DNA from: Gracilinanus agilis
Lineage: Eukaryota
DNA length: 64,000 bases
Direction: 5' to 3'
Assembly (NCBI RefSeq): GCF_016433145.1
Contig: NC_058130.1
Coordinates: 737,559,980-737,623,979, forward strand
The translations under genes and the position numbers were made by a program. The notes below the pieces were generated by a model. That model was not told the DNA's origin. It saw only the letters and a list, made by a program, of their open reading frames with translations, and searched no databases. Numbering within the stretch: position 1 is the stretch's first letter; each line of letters starts with the position of its first letter. Of the stretch, positions 1 to 13,480 are shown piece after piece.

Positions 1-649
1 CTCTTCTGTCTTGGAATTGATACTTGTTTCAATTCTAAGACAGATGGTAAGATTATGAAATTAAATAAAACAAAAACTTTGCCTGTCAGCTAATATAATA
101 TAGAGCTAGAAAGATTCTTAGAGATTACCTAGTTAAACTCATTTTAGGATGAAAAAATTCAGCCACAAAGAAGGCAGAAACAGTCAGATAGCAAGTACCA
201 AAGTTTGAACCCAAGTCATCATATTCCAAGTCCATTGCTCTTTCCAATGTATGTTCCTGAGGCACAAATAAACAGGTGAATAATGAATGAAAAAGCATTC
301 AATGTGTGCCTAAGCCTGCATTTAGTAAGAGTATACTATGGCAAATCTAGGTGACTCAGTGGTACTTCCTAGCTGTGTGACCCTAGGACAAGTCACTTAA
401 TTCCAATTGCCCTACTATTCTCCTGCCTTGGAACCAATATTTGTATCAATTCTAAGACAGAAGGTAATCGTTTAAAAAAGGCACACTATGTGCCAGGCAT
501 AGTACCAGACACTGGAGAAATAAAGACAAAAAACTTTCCCCTATTTTTAAGAATCTCACATCAGAATTGGAGAGACAACATGGAAATAACATATAAAGGA
601 GTCTCTGGAGGGAAGGCATTGGTGTTGAAGGCCATGAATGACCTCTCAT

Positions 650-1830
650 GTTAAGTGGGATTTGAACTAAGTTAAAGGAAGGGAGGGAAAGTGAGAATCA
701 GAATTGAGAAGGGCTAGAGAGTTCCAGGCATGACAGATAGCCAGTGAGCACAAAGGAGTGTCTTGTGAGAAGAGCAATACGGTAGCCAGTGTGGCTGGAT
801 TACAGAATGCTTGAAGAGAAGTATAAGTAGATTGGAAAGATCGCTACAAAGGGGCTAGCTTTTCTTATTAAGGATTTTAATTAGAGGACTTCATATTTAA
901 TCTTGGAAGTGATAGGTGAAGCCTGTTGAGGAACAGTATGTTGTTGTTAGGCCTGCACTTTAGAAAGACCACATTGGGGGTCAGCTGGGTAGCTCAGTGG
1001 ATTGAGAGCCAGGCCTAGAGACAGGAGGTCTTAGGTACAAATCTAGCCTCAGACACTTCCCAGCTGTGTGACCCTGGGCAAGTCACTTGACCCCCATTGC
1101 CTACCCTTACCACTCTTCTGCCTTGGAGCCAATACACGGTATTGACTCTTAAGATGGAAAGCAAGGGTTTTAAAGGAAAAAAAAAAGGAAAGAAAGAAAG
1201 ATCACTTTGGTAGCTGAATAGAGTGAACTGAAGTGGGGAAGAGGCTTGAGGTGATATAGTTCAGGTAAGAGGTGATGAGGTGTCTATGCTAACCAGAGTG
1301 GTAGTTCTGTGAACAATGTTGAAAAGATGAAAGAATAAGATCTGATAATAGGTTAGATGAATGGAGTCCAAGTAAAAAGGAGAGAATGGCACTGAAGTTT
1401 GGATGACTCAAGAAGACCATGATACCCTTAACAGTATCAAAAAGAAGAAATGGAAAGATGGAAGGTTTTGGGGGGAAAGATGAATTGTTTTGAACATGTT
1501 GAGTTTGAGGTACCTATGAAATATCTAGGTTGAGCTGTCCAAAAAAGCAATTGGTAAAATGGGGCTGGAGTGCAGAGGAGAGACTCGGGCCCAATATATG
1601 AATCTGGCAAGCACCTGCTAAAGATTAAAAGATTAAACTCATGGGAGCTAATGAGATCACCAAGCTAGATAATATAGAAGAGGAGATGTTCCAGGACAGA
1701 ACCCAGGGGAACATCTGTAGCTAGAAGGTGTGATGTGAAGATCCAATAAAGGAGACAAAAAAGGAATAGTCAGACAAATATGAGGACTAAAGGATAACAA
1801 TATTATGAAAACCGGAGAGGAGAGAGTATC
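650..1830 (-). mobile_element. L2 LINE fragment interrupted by a SINE
   Basis: Purine-rich degenerate L2-like text (gagtttgagatgtct, gggctggag motifs). Boundaries approximate. Confidence 0.55.
976..1197 (+). mobile_element. SINE1_Mdo-like tRNA-derived SINE
   Basis: ggggg.cagctgggtagctcagtgg head, CORE ctgtgtgaccctgggcaagtcac, A-rich tail. Confidence 0.9.
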
Positions 1831-1860
1831 CAGGAGTTGATGCAGAGAGAGTAGGAGTAG

Positions 1861-1863
<3 letters not shown>

Positions 1864-1892
<29 letters not shown>
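1864..1892. repeat. (TA)n microsatellite
   Basis: Perfect TA run. Confidence 0.98.
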
Positions 1893-1895
<3 letters not shown>

Positions 1896-3061
1896 GAGTG
1901 GTGGCCAGGGAAGGGTGACTTGATCAGGGATTTTATGGAGACCATGATATATCTCATCCAGTTTTCCTATTGCATAGTTCTGATTGGGTCATTCTCTATA
2001 CTCCAAAATCTTGAGTAGCTCCCCCACGGACTTCCAAATAAAAGCCAAACTAACCTGTGTATTCAAGGTCCTTTTACCTTTCCAGATTATTTCTTACTCT
2101 CCACAAACTCTGACCTCCAACCAATTGTTCCACTGGCCAATTCCCCAAATATATTTCGTACTTTCCTGAGCACTGTTTTAGGTAACAACTTTCCTCTGTC
2201 TGAAATTCACAACAACCTCTAGACCCAGCACCAGTATCTCTACCTTTTGACATCCTAGCCATCCTTCAATGCCCAGATTAAATCCCATCTCTTCAGTGAA
2301 GTTTTTCTGGTTTGTTCTGATCCAAAGTAATCACTGCTAAACTTCTCTAGTGTTTAATGTCTATATTAGTCATTTAGCACGTGGCATATAAAATCACAGA
2401 TGAAAGGGACCTTAGATAATATTTAGTAACACTACCATCCCCATTTTCCATCACCTATTTCTGGGAAAATCCTCTCCCTAACCACTCGCAATTCTATAAA
2501 TTAAATATGTTTCATATACTGAATCTCACCTCCACCTTCTACATCAGTCCTCAAATCTTTTCTCTCTCCTTCCTCTATGAGAGATGGGAACACTAGGCCA
2601 CTCACTCCTGGGGCAGGGGTGATGTTTGGAATGAAGTGTTCTAGACTGGAAAAAATGGGAAAACATCCAAGAGAAAGCTTTTAAAAAGATTTGCTTTTAA
2701 CAAGATTAGGGACTGAAAATCTTAGCTGGAAAGGGGCTGACTTGCTTCTGGAAATTAGAGAAAGATAAATTTAAAAAAGGGGGGGGGGAGGAAGATAAGA
2801 AGGAAGCATATAGCAACAACAACAACAAAAATCTGAAATGTTTTCTAAGAGGTTGTGATAGTACCACTGTTTTCTGCCCTACTCAGACTACCGTTGGAAT
2901 ATTGTGTTCCATTCTTTCTAGGTCCACAGTGTCAGCATGTCTTAAAGAAGGCAGCCAGGATAATAAAAAATCTCAAAACTATGTCAGATGACATTTGGTT
3001 GAAAAGGCTGGAACTGGTTAGCTTGAAAAAAAAAAAGATGATGATAAAAAAATTATAACCC

Positions 3062-3265
3062 AGCTAGCATTTGTAGGATACTTTAAGGTTTGCAAAGCAC
3101 TTTGTAACAATTTGATGTTCTTAACAATCCTGGGAGGTAGATTCTATTATTATTCCTCATTTTATAGAGGAGGAAACTGAGGCAGAGGGAAAGCAACTTG
3201 CACAGAGTCAAAGAGCTATTAAGTGTCTGAGGCCAAATTTTAATTTGTCTTCCCAACTTCAGGTC
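3062..3265 (+). mobile_element. MIR-type SINE
   Basis: attattcctcattttatagaggaggaaactgaggc core. Confidence 0.75.
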
Positions 3266-4106
3266 CAATGATGTATCTAGTCTTAAGTAGGATATGATCA
3301 TTTTCATTCCAGTCTTGGTGAAAGTAGCGAGAAATTAGAGACATTTATCATTGAGCTGAAAGCACCCTAAGGGCAAATGTAAGTTCAATTACTGGTAAAG
3401 TCACAAGGAGGGTAGAATTCAGTTTGATATAAGTTCCTAATAGCCAGACCTATCAGAAAATGGCTATTAACTCCAGAGGACATAGACAGTTGGAAGGAGT
3501 CTGATCCTTTCATTCACTGTACTTGTACTTAATACAATACTTAATTGTACATTGTATTTAATATTTATTGGGTGAATGAGATTGACTTAGTAACCAATAT
3601 CTGATAGGATTTGAGGCCAGCAAAGCTCTATGTTCTCTCATTTCATTTCCATAACAATCTCAAAGAGCGGGTACAACAGGTTATTATGGTCTCAATTTTT
3701 CAGATGAGGAGGCTGCAAATAAGACAAGAGAAGTGATTTGACCATGGTCATCCATTTGGGGACTGTATCTCTTGCTTGGATTCGACTCCAAATCTCTCCA
3801 GTCACTAAGTCAGGTATTTTTGACACCATGCCATCCTCCATCAACAGTCGGGATCTGAGTACCCCAGTGTCCAAAGACGACACGGCAGGTTCCTAAGCTT
3901 GTCTTATCTGACACTTCTAGCAATGGGTTTCCCCCCCTTCTCTCCCATGTACCAGAAGAACTCCCATTGTACTGAGGCTGTCAACTTCCTTGATGCCCTA
4001 GTAGGGCACTAATTGTGTAAGTGGCCACAAAGACAATGGTAGGATGAGACCATCATAGGGGAGAGACTAGCAGGCACTGGAAGAGTACACTAGAGGTCAT
4101 GTAGAC

Positions 4107-4289
4107 CGGGGGTTTCTAACCTCAAGTCACAGACCCCTTTGGCAGTCTGGTGAAGCACATGGAACCCTTCTCAGAACAACGTTTTAAAATGTATAAAATA
4201 CACAAGATGATGAAGAAAACCCATTATGTTGAAATTCAGCTAGCAAGAAAAATTTTTTAAATTCATGGTCTCTGGATTAAAAACCCTTG
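4107..4289 (+). mobile_element. hAT-Charlie MITE (MER5-like)
   Basis: Termini cgggggtttctaacc / ggattaaaaacccttg; 8-bp TSD atgtagac/atttagac. Confidence 0.7.
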
Positions 4290-5745
4290 ATTTAGACCAA
4301 ATGATTTAGTTCATTTTACAGCAGAGGAAAGGAGTCAAATAAATAAATCTTGCCATCCTGCCTCAGCAAAAGAATGGATTTTTAAGGTTTGCAAAGTACT
4401 CTGCAGGTCTTGTCTTATCTAATTTTCATGACAAAAACCTTGAAACTGCTATAGGGCCATGCAAATATGGAACAGACTGCCTTTAGGGGACTTTGGGTAG
4501 TGATTTGATGCCCCTTGCAAAGTGTGCTAAACAAATGGATTCCTGGGCCAGTAGGGGTGAACTTTCTGTAGGCCTTTCCGACAGAGAGTTGTGAAATTGT
4601 CTGCCTTAGAGGACGATTAATTTTATCACTAGAAATGTTCAAACCCTGGAGGCTGGATAATCACAGAATCATCTGTCCAGAGCTGGGACCTTCTCAGCAA
4701 CTCCCAAAGGTTATCATGTTTCTATGAAGGTGGTTCTGAGATGTATTGTATTCAATTCTAAGCCTCCCTCCCATATTCCAGTTCATCACAAACTGCCAGA
4801 ACATCTAACAGCATCTCGGATTCAACATCATCTTGCTGATCATCACACAAGACACTCCATCTCTTGACTCCCCATATTTTACTGGGTATCCTCCATACCT
4901 GGAATGCTTTTCCTCTTCACTCCTATCTTCTGGCTTCTTTCAAGTTCTAATCAAACCTCACCTGCAGGAAGCTTTTCCCAACCTTTCAATTCTAGTGCCC
5001 TTCCTTAGATGATTATCTCCATTTATATTGTATATAACTTGTTTGAACATAGTTGTCTGCATGCCATCACCTTCATTAGAATGTGAGAGCCTCAAGGGCA
5101 AGGCTTTCCTTCTATCTTTCTTTGTATCCCCAGAACTTCACAATGCCTAAATGTTTATTGACTGATTTAATACAGGAGTAAAACAGAACTCATTAGACTG
5201 AGAGAATCTCAGAGCTGGGAGGCACCTCAGAAGCCAACTTGTCCAACCCAGATTCAGCAAGGATCTCCTCAACACATCCTAAAAGTGTCATTCAGCACTT
5301 TCTTGAAGACCTCCAGTAAAAGGAAACATCTCCCAAGCAAATGCCTTCCACTTTGGGCTAATTTTTAGGATGTTTTTCTTTAGGCAAATCCTAAACTTGC
5401 CTTCCTACATTTTCCACTTACTGTTCCTAGTTTTACATGAAATCAGGCAAAACAAATCTAAATACTCTTCCACAAAAATCATGAAACACCTTCCCTTACC
5501 CAACTCCTTGCCCTCCAGCCATTCCTTCCCCAAATTGCTTTTTCTGTTGAAAGGCACTACTATCCTTCCAGTCAACCAGGTTTAAAACTTAATCATCCTT
5601 GACTCTTCTCTCTCCTTCTTCTACCATATCCAATCATTTTCCAAATTACACTGATTAACCTTCACACATGACACCTTCCCTCCACTCACACAGCCACTCT
5701 CCTAATTTGGACTCTCCATCTAGACCCATCACCCTCCACCTAGAC

Positions 5746-5971
5746 CCATGCTGGCAAAACTTATGGCACAAGTGCCAGAGTGCTCTGGAGGGGGCTGCTC
5801 CCCTATCCCTCTCCATACATGCCTGAGGACATTTCTCACATCACCCATCCCTCTGCCCAGCAGCCCAATGGGAGCACTTCCTCCCTCCCCATCTGGGATA
5901 AGGGGGCAGCTGACATGCAGAGTGAGGGTTGTAGTTTGGGCACTCGGTCTCTAAAAGGTTTGCTATCACTG
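5746..5971 (+). mobile_element. Non-autonomous hAT element (OposCharlie/OC1-like TIRs) inserted in L2
   Basis: TIRs ccatgctggcaaaactt / aaggtttgctatcactg; perfect 8-bp TSD acctagac (5738-5745, 5972-5979). Confidence 0.8.
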
Positions 5972-7486
5972 ACCTAGACTGTTACAGTAACTAGATTACT
6001 GATTGGTCTTCTTGCTTCCACTCTCTCCCCTTTCTAATCCATCTTCTATACATCTGTCAAATTACTATGTCTAAGACACAGATCTAATGACGTCATTCCC
6101 TACTTTAAAAATTTTCAAAGGCTCCCTTATTGCCTCAAGGATGAAATACAAACCTTGCCTGTGAAGTCCTCACTGTGCCTTTCTGCCACCTTTCTAGAAT
6201 GACTTCATATGACTTCCCTTCATGTTTTCTAGCAACCTGGTCTACTGATCCCCAAACAGAGCTTGCCATTTCCTATCTCTCACTTCCTTTCCCTGAACCA
6301 CTCCTGAAATGCTATATCATCTCCCACAGGGTAAGGCTGTAAATTCCTTGAGGAAAGAAAGTGTTCCAATTTACTCTTTGTATCCCCAGTGCCTATTACA
6401 TTACCTTGTACATAGTAGATGCTCAATAAATGTTGAATTGTATCTATTCAAGACCTCACTTTATATATAAGGAAACTAAAACTCAAAAAAAGTGACTTGA
6501 CTGAGGTTAAACAAAATTTAAATGGCAAACCCAAGCAAGTTTGGCAAGCCCCAAATCCAGATCCTCTGACTTCTATACAATGCCTTGCCTCCTCCTCCCC
6601 CTAGCAGAGATGCTGTCAAAAAGAGATTACCCTCTGGACTGGAGTAAAAAGTTGAACTAGCTTTCAAAGATTCCTTTCAAAGGATTTCACTTCTATGGGA
6701 GGAAGCATGGTATATTCATTTGCAATCAAGAGATCTGTGTTCAAATCCCAGCTCTGAAACTGCGTGACCACCAATAAATCATCTAACTTTTATAGATTTC
6801 AGTTTTTCTGCTCTGAAAAATGGAAATAATAACACTTCTACAACCTACCTGATGGATTATTATAAGGAAAGTATTTTATCTACCTTACAATGCTATCAAA
6901 ATATCAACACATCCTACAAGTGTCATTCAGCACTTAAGACCTCCAGTAAAAGGAAACATTTCTCCCAAGCAAATGCCTTCCACTTTGGGCTAATTTTTAG
7001 GATTTTTTTTTTAAAGCAAATCCTAAACTTGCCTTCCTACATCTTCTACTTACTGCTCCTTGTTTTACACGAAATCAAGCAAAACAAATCTAAATACTCT
7101 TCTTTTGAAACTAGGTCAACCTGACTTAAAAGTCTATGCCTCTATTTTCCTTTCTGCTTGTAGGAAAAGTTACTGCCAGCTTCAAAATGCCTGGCTTGGG
7201 TTTGTATTGCACCTATAGCTTCTTACAATGAAGGGAAGAATGTGGAGAATTATTAACAGAGATTCCTAGAACCTTAGAGACCATCTAGTTCAGTTTCCCC
7301 TACTTGTGCAAACTCCATTTCCCCAAAAGAAGATGCAAATTCTTCTAGGATGAGAATAAGTCTATCTCTACTTGCATCCATCCACGTTGTCCATGAGTTC
7401 TAGGTCAGATTCTTCCTCCATGGGGACATCTAGAAAGGAATCCAGGAGACAGACTGGAGAAAAAGTCTTAAGTTTTGAGAAATCAT

Positions 7487-7492
7487 TTTAAT
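7487..7492 (-). terminator. Candidate CD320 polyadenylation signal (ATTAAA)
   Basis: ATTAAA about 500 nt downstream of the CD320 stop; position only. Confidence 0.35.
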
Positions 7493-7986
7493 TGCTCAAT
7501 TGTAGCTCATCCTAGGTAAAGAGGATATTCTCTCTTTTACCTGTAGTGTCTGAATGGAGTAACTCACCCCTGGGCCACCATCCTTGTCCTATGGCCAGTA
7601 TCAGGGACACCCTCCATTGCTCAGCAAAGAGTACAGCCCATGGAGCCAGCTCACTGAGAGAGTGAACAGTTAACTCCCCACCCCCATCCCCATGCAGGCA
7701 GGATGCATTCTATTGGAAAGAACCAGGATTCACACCCATCCAGATATGCAGGGCCTCTGAGGGTAGTAGAAGGCAGCAACAAAGTCAGGAACTATTGGCT
7801 GCCTTAAAGAGAGAGGTAGCTTAAGATGGAGGCTTATGAGGAAGAGTTCTGTACAACTAACAGTCTCTCTCCCCTCTCTGCCTTTCCTCCTCCTAGAAGA
7901 CTCTTGATTCAGCCCCAGGGAAGCCTGGTCCAGTTTCACAAATGCATAAGCAGTCCTGGAGGACCAAAAGGTAGTCAAAGTGGCAC

Positions 7987-8141
7987 TCAGAGTAAGGGCG
8001 ATGGTGTCCTCTCAGGTATCAGCAGTGACTCCTTCACAGCTTCCAGCAGATTTGGCTGGGGGAGGAGGCGCCACCGGACTTGGGCCCAGGTCTGGCAGCA
8101 CACAAGGAGACAGGCAGCAGCCAGAACTCCACTCAGAGCAG
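7987..8141 (-). CDS. CD320: CD320 terminal coding exon (rest of TM helix and cytoplasmic tail)
   Basis: Acceptor tttttag|CT, phase 1. Reads AALSGVLAAACLLVCCQTWAQVRWRLLPQPNLLEAVKESLLIPERTPSPLL*, resembling the mammalian CD320 tail (KESLLL..E). Confidence 0.88.
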
Positions 8142-9529
8142 CTAAAAAGGAAAAAAAATCATAGATGCAGAAAAGGTCACAGGTGAAAAAGACCATAAAG
8201 AAAATCTGGTTCAACCCCCTCATTTTATAGAGAATTAAAATAAGGGTCAGAGAAGGGAGTCACCTGCCCAGTTGGTCACATGGAAGGTTAGTGGGAGAGC
8301 CTGGATTTGCATCTGTGTCTTTTGACTCCAGATTTAGCACTCACCACTACCATATCCTATACCACACTATCATTACCTGACTTCCTCATCTTTCCCATGA
8401 GCCATCTGAAGGACCACCATCAGAGTGGCATCAGGGCAAGTGCACCTTGTACTCAGCCCAGATCCCCCAATCCCCAGGGGATTACTAGCAAAGGTCATTT
8501 TAGGTGCTAACAGACACTGCTCTGAAGGCTAAGAATTCAGGAATATGGAAGAAGAAAGGACTGTTTCTATAAGATAGAGCAGCAAAGAGGGGCTTAGTCC
8601 AGGTTTTAAGAAAGTAACAGAAGATAAATACAAACAGGGGCATGAGCCTGCAAGGAAAGTACCCAGTGGGCTAATGGATACAATGAGCTGTGGCTACTGG
8701 GAAAGCCAAAAACATTTCCAAGTGAGGTACTTTCCTGGACTTCATCATCTACAGGAACTTCCTTTGTATTCTGCAAGATGTCATCAACTTTGAAATTCAC
8801 CTTTCCTTCAGTCCCCTTTGCCTTTCCAGATCCACCACAAAAGAAGGCTTTTTACCTTCTATGTTTTGTGATTGTAAATTCCTTGAGGGCAGGGGCTATC
8901 TTAAGCCTTTCTTTGTAACCCAGTGCTCAGCTTAAACACTGTATCTGACAGAGTAAGCATTTCATAGATGTTTATTGACTGACTGACAGACACAACCAAA
9001 AGAGGTTTTCTGGATATACAGGGGAAGGAAGAGTCAAAGAAGGACAAAATTGCTCCTGGGGACTAGGTCATGGTTGAAAATTGAGCAAAAGTTGGGCAGG
9101 TCATTCCTTAAATTTGCTTCTGTTCTCTCTGCCAAGAAGAATGGTCATCAGGCCAGAAAGGATGGAGCAAATAATGGCCAATAGAAAGCTGAAATCCAAG
9201 CTAGGTTACCAAGTGAAAGAAGAAAACCACCTGCCAGATTTTAGGTCACCAGACCCAGAATAAGCAGGGATTGAGGTGATGAATGGATATATGGCTGAGC
9301 TCCTAGTCTTGATCTCTGAGAGTCTATAGGGAATAGGGAAGATGCTGCAAGTCTAGAGAGTGAGATGGAGTCTGATTGTCAAAGAGAACCAGAGAATGAA
9401 ATTGGAAAATTATAGGTCAATGAACAGAATTTTGATTCCTGGTAAAATTCTTATAGCATATTATCATAGGGATGCTTTGTGAACATTTGGAAAAGGAAAT
9501 AAGTAGAGATCACAAAGAAGCAGACTTGT

Positions 9530-10870
9530 TTTTATTGAGAATATTGGCAGACAAATCTCAGTTGCTTTTTTAACAGCCACTAGACCGGCAGATGGCATGG
9601 CTTACCTAGCTAGTAAAAAAAAATGGACAAGACAAAGTGTCTTGTACTCTCCTTGTGTACAAACTAGAGAGATGTGGGTCAGTTGATGACACAAGGTAGA
9701 TGTGGAAATGGTTGAATGGTTGGCCCCAAAGAGCAGTCATTAATGACCCCATGTAAGCTTTGAGAAAGCTCTCCAGTCAAGTATCCTGGGAATCTCTGCT
9801 TGGGTCTGCTGGATCACTGCTTTGGATAAAAGCAAATATGGCATATTTAGCAAATTTGCAGATGACATAAAGTTGGGAGGGAAAGCTAACACATTAGAAG
9901 ATAGTTGGGATATAAAAAGCTTTGGACAGTCTGAAATGTTGGGCTGAATCTAATAAGATGAACTTTAAGAGGGATAAATGAAAAGGTGTACACGAGTTCA
10001 AAATATCAATATCCCAAATAGGACGGGTAAAACAGTCTTGAGAACAATTCATTTAAAAAAGATCTAAGGGGTTTAGTAACCTGAAAGTTTAATGGGTCAG
10101 CAAGGTGCCCCAGCAGCCCTGATAGATAATGTGGCCTTAGACTATATTCAGGGAGGTACAAGGTTGAGGTATAGGGAAAGCTAGGCCTGGTATCCTCTGC
10201 ACTGGTCAGACAAGATCTGGAGATCTGGAGGGCAGCTCTGGGTACCAATGAAGGAACCAGAAGATGAACTACAGTGTCCAAAGAAGGGAAACTAGGATAG
10301 TAAAGGGCCTGGAGATAATAACAATAGCTAGCATTTCTATATTGCTGCTTTGAGGTTTGCAAAGCAATCTGCATATTTTGATATTTGATCTTCACAACAA
10401 CCTTGGAGGGTAGGTGCTATTATTATTCCCAGTTTACAAAAGGGGAAACTGAAGCAGAAAGCCCAGGGTCACAAAGTAATACAAAACTGAGTCAAGATTT
10501 AAACTCAGAGCTTCCTTATTTGAAGTCCAGTGCTCTATCTATTATTGTGACTTAGCAACCTCAGAAGGATCAGTTGAGGAAACTAGACATATTTAGCTAA
10601 AAACAAGAAATCCCGGGGAACACCATCATGTGGATAATGTATTAAACATGTTCATTTTCCCCCAGGGAGCAGAACTAGAAGCACTTGGCAGAAATTGAAG
10701 CAAACCATGCTTAGGCTTGATGTCAAGTAAGGAGTAACTCTATTAAGGAAAACAGACTGCCCCAAGAGGTATTTGTTACCCCTCACTTGAGGTCTTCAAG
10801 CAAAGGCTGTGTGACTACTTGTTCAAGAGGTTATAACATGGTTTTGAGCAAGATGGTCTACAAGCTTCCT
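9530..10870 (+). mobile_element. CR1/L3 LINE fragments, interrupted by a MIR at about 10323-10555
   Basis: gcaaatttgcagatgacataaagttggga and ggctgaatctaataagatg motifs, ending in a CR1-like 3' end. Approximate. Confidence 0.65.
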
Positions 10871-10958
10871 TACATACAAAAGCCAGCATCTGTGACTGGC
10901 AGAGCCTATAGTCACAGGGTAGATCCAACTGAGCAGCCACACTGCCGGGGGGACTTAC

Positions 10959-11075
10959 CTGCTGCCATAACCAGGCCATATGCACTTCGTCTTTCTGAAG
11001 GCGTGAGGTGTCCATGGCCTGGGGTGAGAGACACAGCTGAAGTGGTGTTCTGATCTCCAGGAGTTTGTGTCACCC
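10959..11075 (-). CDS. CD320: CD320 stalk exon copy C (117 nt, phase 1-1)
   Basis: ttccatttcag|GG...GCAG|gtaagt. Reads GVTQTPGDQNTTSAVSLTPGHGHLTPSERRSAYGLVMAA; the AYGLV.AA end matches the start of the CD320 TM helix. Confidence 0.8.
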
Positions 11076-12248
11076 CTGAAATGGAAGCATCCTCAGGTTA
11101 GCAGTGTACGAGAGAAGAACTGTAAGAGGAAAAATCATGAGCCTGGCCATAAATTAATAATTTTATAAAATCAAAAGTAGCAAGGGGAAAAGATGGAAAA
11201 ATAGAAGAGATGTATAGGTTATTTTCTTTATTGCTCAATTTAGCTTGCTATTCTGTGGCCACCATTAGGGCCCCCTAGCCATGTTCACAGGGAAGTCTAG
11301 CCAGCAAAAAACACAGAAAAGAAGAGAATGCCTCAGTTTATCAAACTTTTTCTCTGCCCACTAATTCACACATCAAGTCTCAAGAGCCAACTTGGGCTTT
11401 CTATTTTGCTTGGGCTGCCTAGGGGTGCAGTCCAGGGGCCAGTGCAGGGGACATCACCCTGTCCCCTGTCTCATGATCTCTTGACTTTATTGCTGCCTTT
11501 TTCTAGCTGCCATTCTATCCTTGTAACCCAATGCACTCAATGATTTCCTTCACACAATCCTCACCTCCAGGTCAAGTTCAGGCTCATGACAGGTATGCAA
11601 GTAGTCAACATCACCTTCCAGACCCCAGAAAGGGGGAAGATTAAATTTCCTTTGTATAAGATGAGTCTTAAACTCCAAGGACAGCTACATGTAGAGCTAA
11701 TGGGATCTAAGACTTCCTGCATATCTGGGCAAGGTTGCAGAGGATTTCTGAGCTTGAAAATGCTGCCAGAATGAGGCAACTGGGGTAGATCAGTGGATTA
11801 AGAGTCAGGCTGAGAGACGGGAGGCCCTAGGCTCAAATCTGGCCTCAGATAGAACAAAACAATAGAATGGGAAAGACAAGAGATCTCTTCAAAAAATTAG
11901 AGATATCAAGGGAATGTTTCATGCAAAAATGGACAGAATACAAGGCAAAAATGGTAGGTAGAAGAGATTAAGAAGAGGTGGCAGGAATACACTGAAGAAC
12001 TACATAAGAAAGATTTTTAACATCATCTCTAGCCACATTATTGATCGAGAGCCAAACATCCTGGAGAATGAAGTCAAATGGGCCTTAAGAAGCACTGCTA
12101 ACAATAAGGTTAACAATAAGAAGGTAATGGAATTCCAGCTGAGCTACTTAGTATCCCAAAAGATGACACTGTTAAAGTGTGGTATTCCAAATGCCAGCAA
12201 ATTTGGAAAACTCAACAGTGGCCACTGGATTGGAAAAGATCAGTTTAT

Positions 12249-12452
12249 GGGGCAGCTACGTGGTTCAGTGGATAGAGAGCCAAACCTGGAAATCAGAGGT
12301 CCTGGGTTCAAATCTGACCTCAGACACCTCCTAGCTATATGACCCAAGGCAAATCACTTAACCCCCATTGCTTAGATCTAACTGTACTTCTGCCTGGGAA
12401 CCAATACTTAATATTGATTGTAAGACAAAAGATAAGAATTAAAAAAAAAAAC
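12249..12452 (+). mobile_element. SINE nested in RTE
   Basis: SINE head, CORE and A tail; degenerate TSD aagatcagttt/aagatgagttt. Confidence 0.85.
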
Positions 12453-13264
12453 AAGATGAGTTTGTGTCTCAATCCTAAAAGAAGGGCAATGCCAAAGAAT
12501 GTTCAAATTATTGAACAATTGCACTCGTTTCATTTGCCAGCATGATTATACTTAAGATTCTGCAAGCTAGGCTTCAGCAATATGTGAACCTACAATACCA
12601 GAAGAGTAGGCTGGTTTCTGAAGAGGTAGAGGAACTAGAGACCAAGCTGCCAATGTTCTCTGGATTTTGGAGAAAGCAAGGGAGTTCCAGAAAAATAACT
12701 ACTTCAGTTTCACTGACTACACTAAAGCCTCTGACTGTATGGATCGTAACAAAATGTGGCAGGTCCTCAAAGAGATGAGAGTACCAGAACATCTTATTTG
12801 TCTCTTTAGGAATCTATATGTGGGCCATGAAGCAACAGTTAGAATCAAACCTGGAACAACTGATTCATTTAAGATTGGACAAGAAATACTCCAAGTTGTA
12901 TACTGTCACCTTATTTATTTAACTTATATGCAGAGTATATCATACAAAATGCCAGTCTGGACAAATAAAAAGCTGGAATTAATGTTGCTGGGAGAAATAT
13001 CAATAATCTCAGATATGCAAACAATACCACTCTGACAGTAGAAATTGAAGAAGAATTATGAAGCCTCTTGATGAAGGTAAAAGTGGAGACTGTAAAAACT
13101 GGCTTTAAACTTAACATCAAAAAAACTAAGGTCATGGCAACTGCTTCCATCACTTCCTGGCAAATAGGGAGAAAAGAAATGGAAGCAGTGTCAGATTCTA
13201 TATTCTTAGGCTCAAAGATCACTGTAGAAGGTGACTTCAACTGTGAAATTAAAAGACAATTGCT

Positions 13265-13444
13265 GGGGGCAGCTGGTAGCTCAGTGGATTGAGAGCCAGG
13301 CCTAGAGACAGGAGGTCCTAGGTTCAAATCTGGCCTCAGACACTTCCCAGCTGTGTGACCCTGGGCAAGTCACTTGACCCCCGTTGCCTACCCTTACCAC
13401 TCTTCCACCTATAAGTCAATACACAGAAGTTAAGGGTTTAAAAT

Positions 13445-13478
<34 letters not shown>
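13265..13478 (+). mobile_element. Young SINE1_Mdo-like element nested in RTE
   Basis: Long poly(A); perfect 14-bp TSD aaaagacaattgct. Confidence 0.93.

Positions 13479-13480
<2 letters not shown>

Noticed and set aside
976-1060. tRNA genes suggested by A/B-box-like SINE heads
   Set aside because: All are followed by the CORE and SINE tail; no cloverleaf.
1-7400. Exons of the expected syntenic neighbour CERS4
   Set aside because: No ceramide synthase-like coding sequence seen; the region is repeat-derived. ANGPTL4 was likewise not seen at the right end.
8606-8800. Minus-strand ORF in the last CD320 intron considered as a fourth stalk exon
   Set aside because: No similarity to the 117-nt exons and no fitting acceptor/donor pair.
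12911-13327. 138-aa minus-strand ORF
   Set aside because: Antisense of RTE plus SINE sequence.
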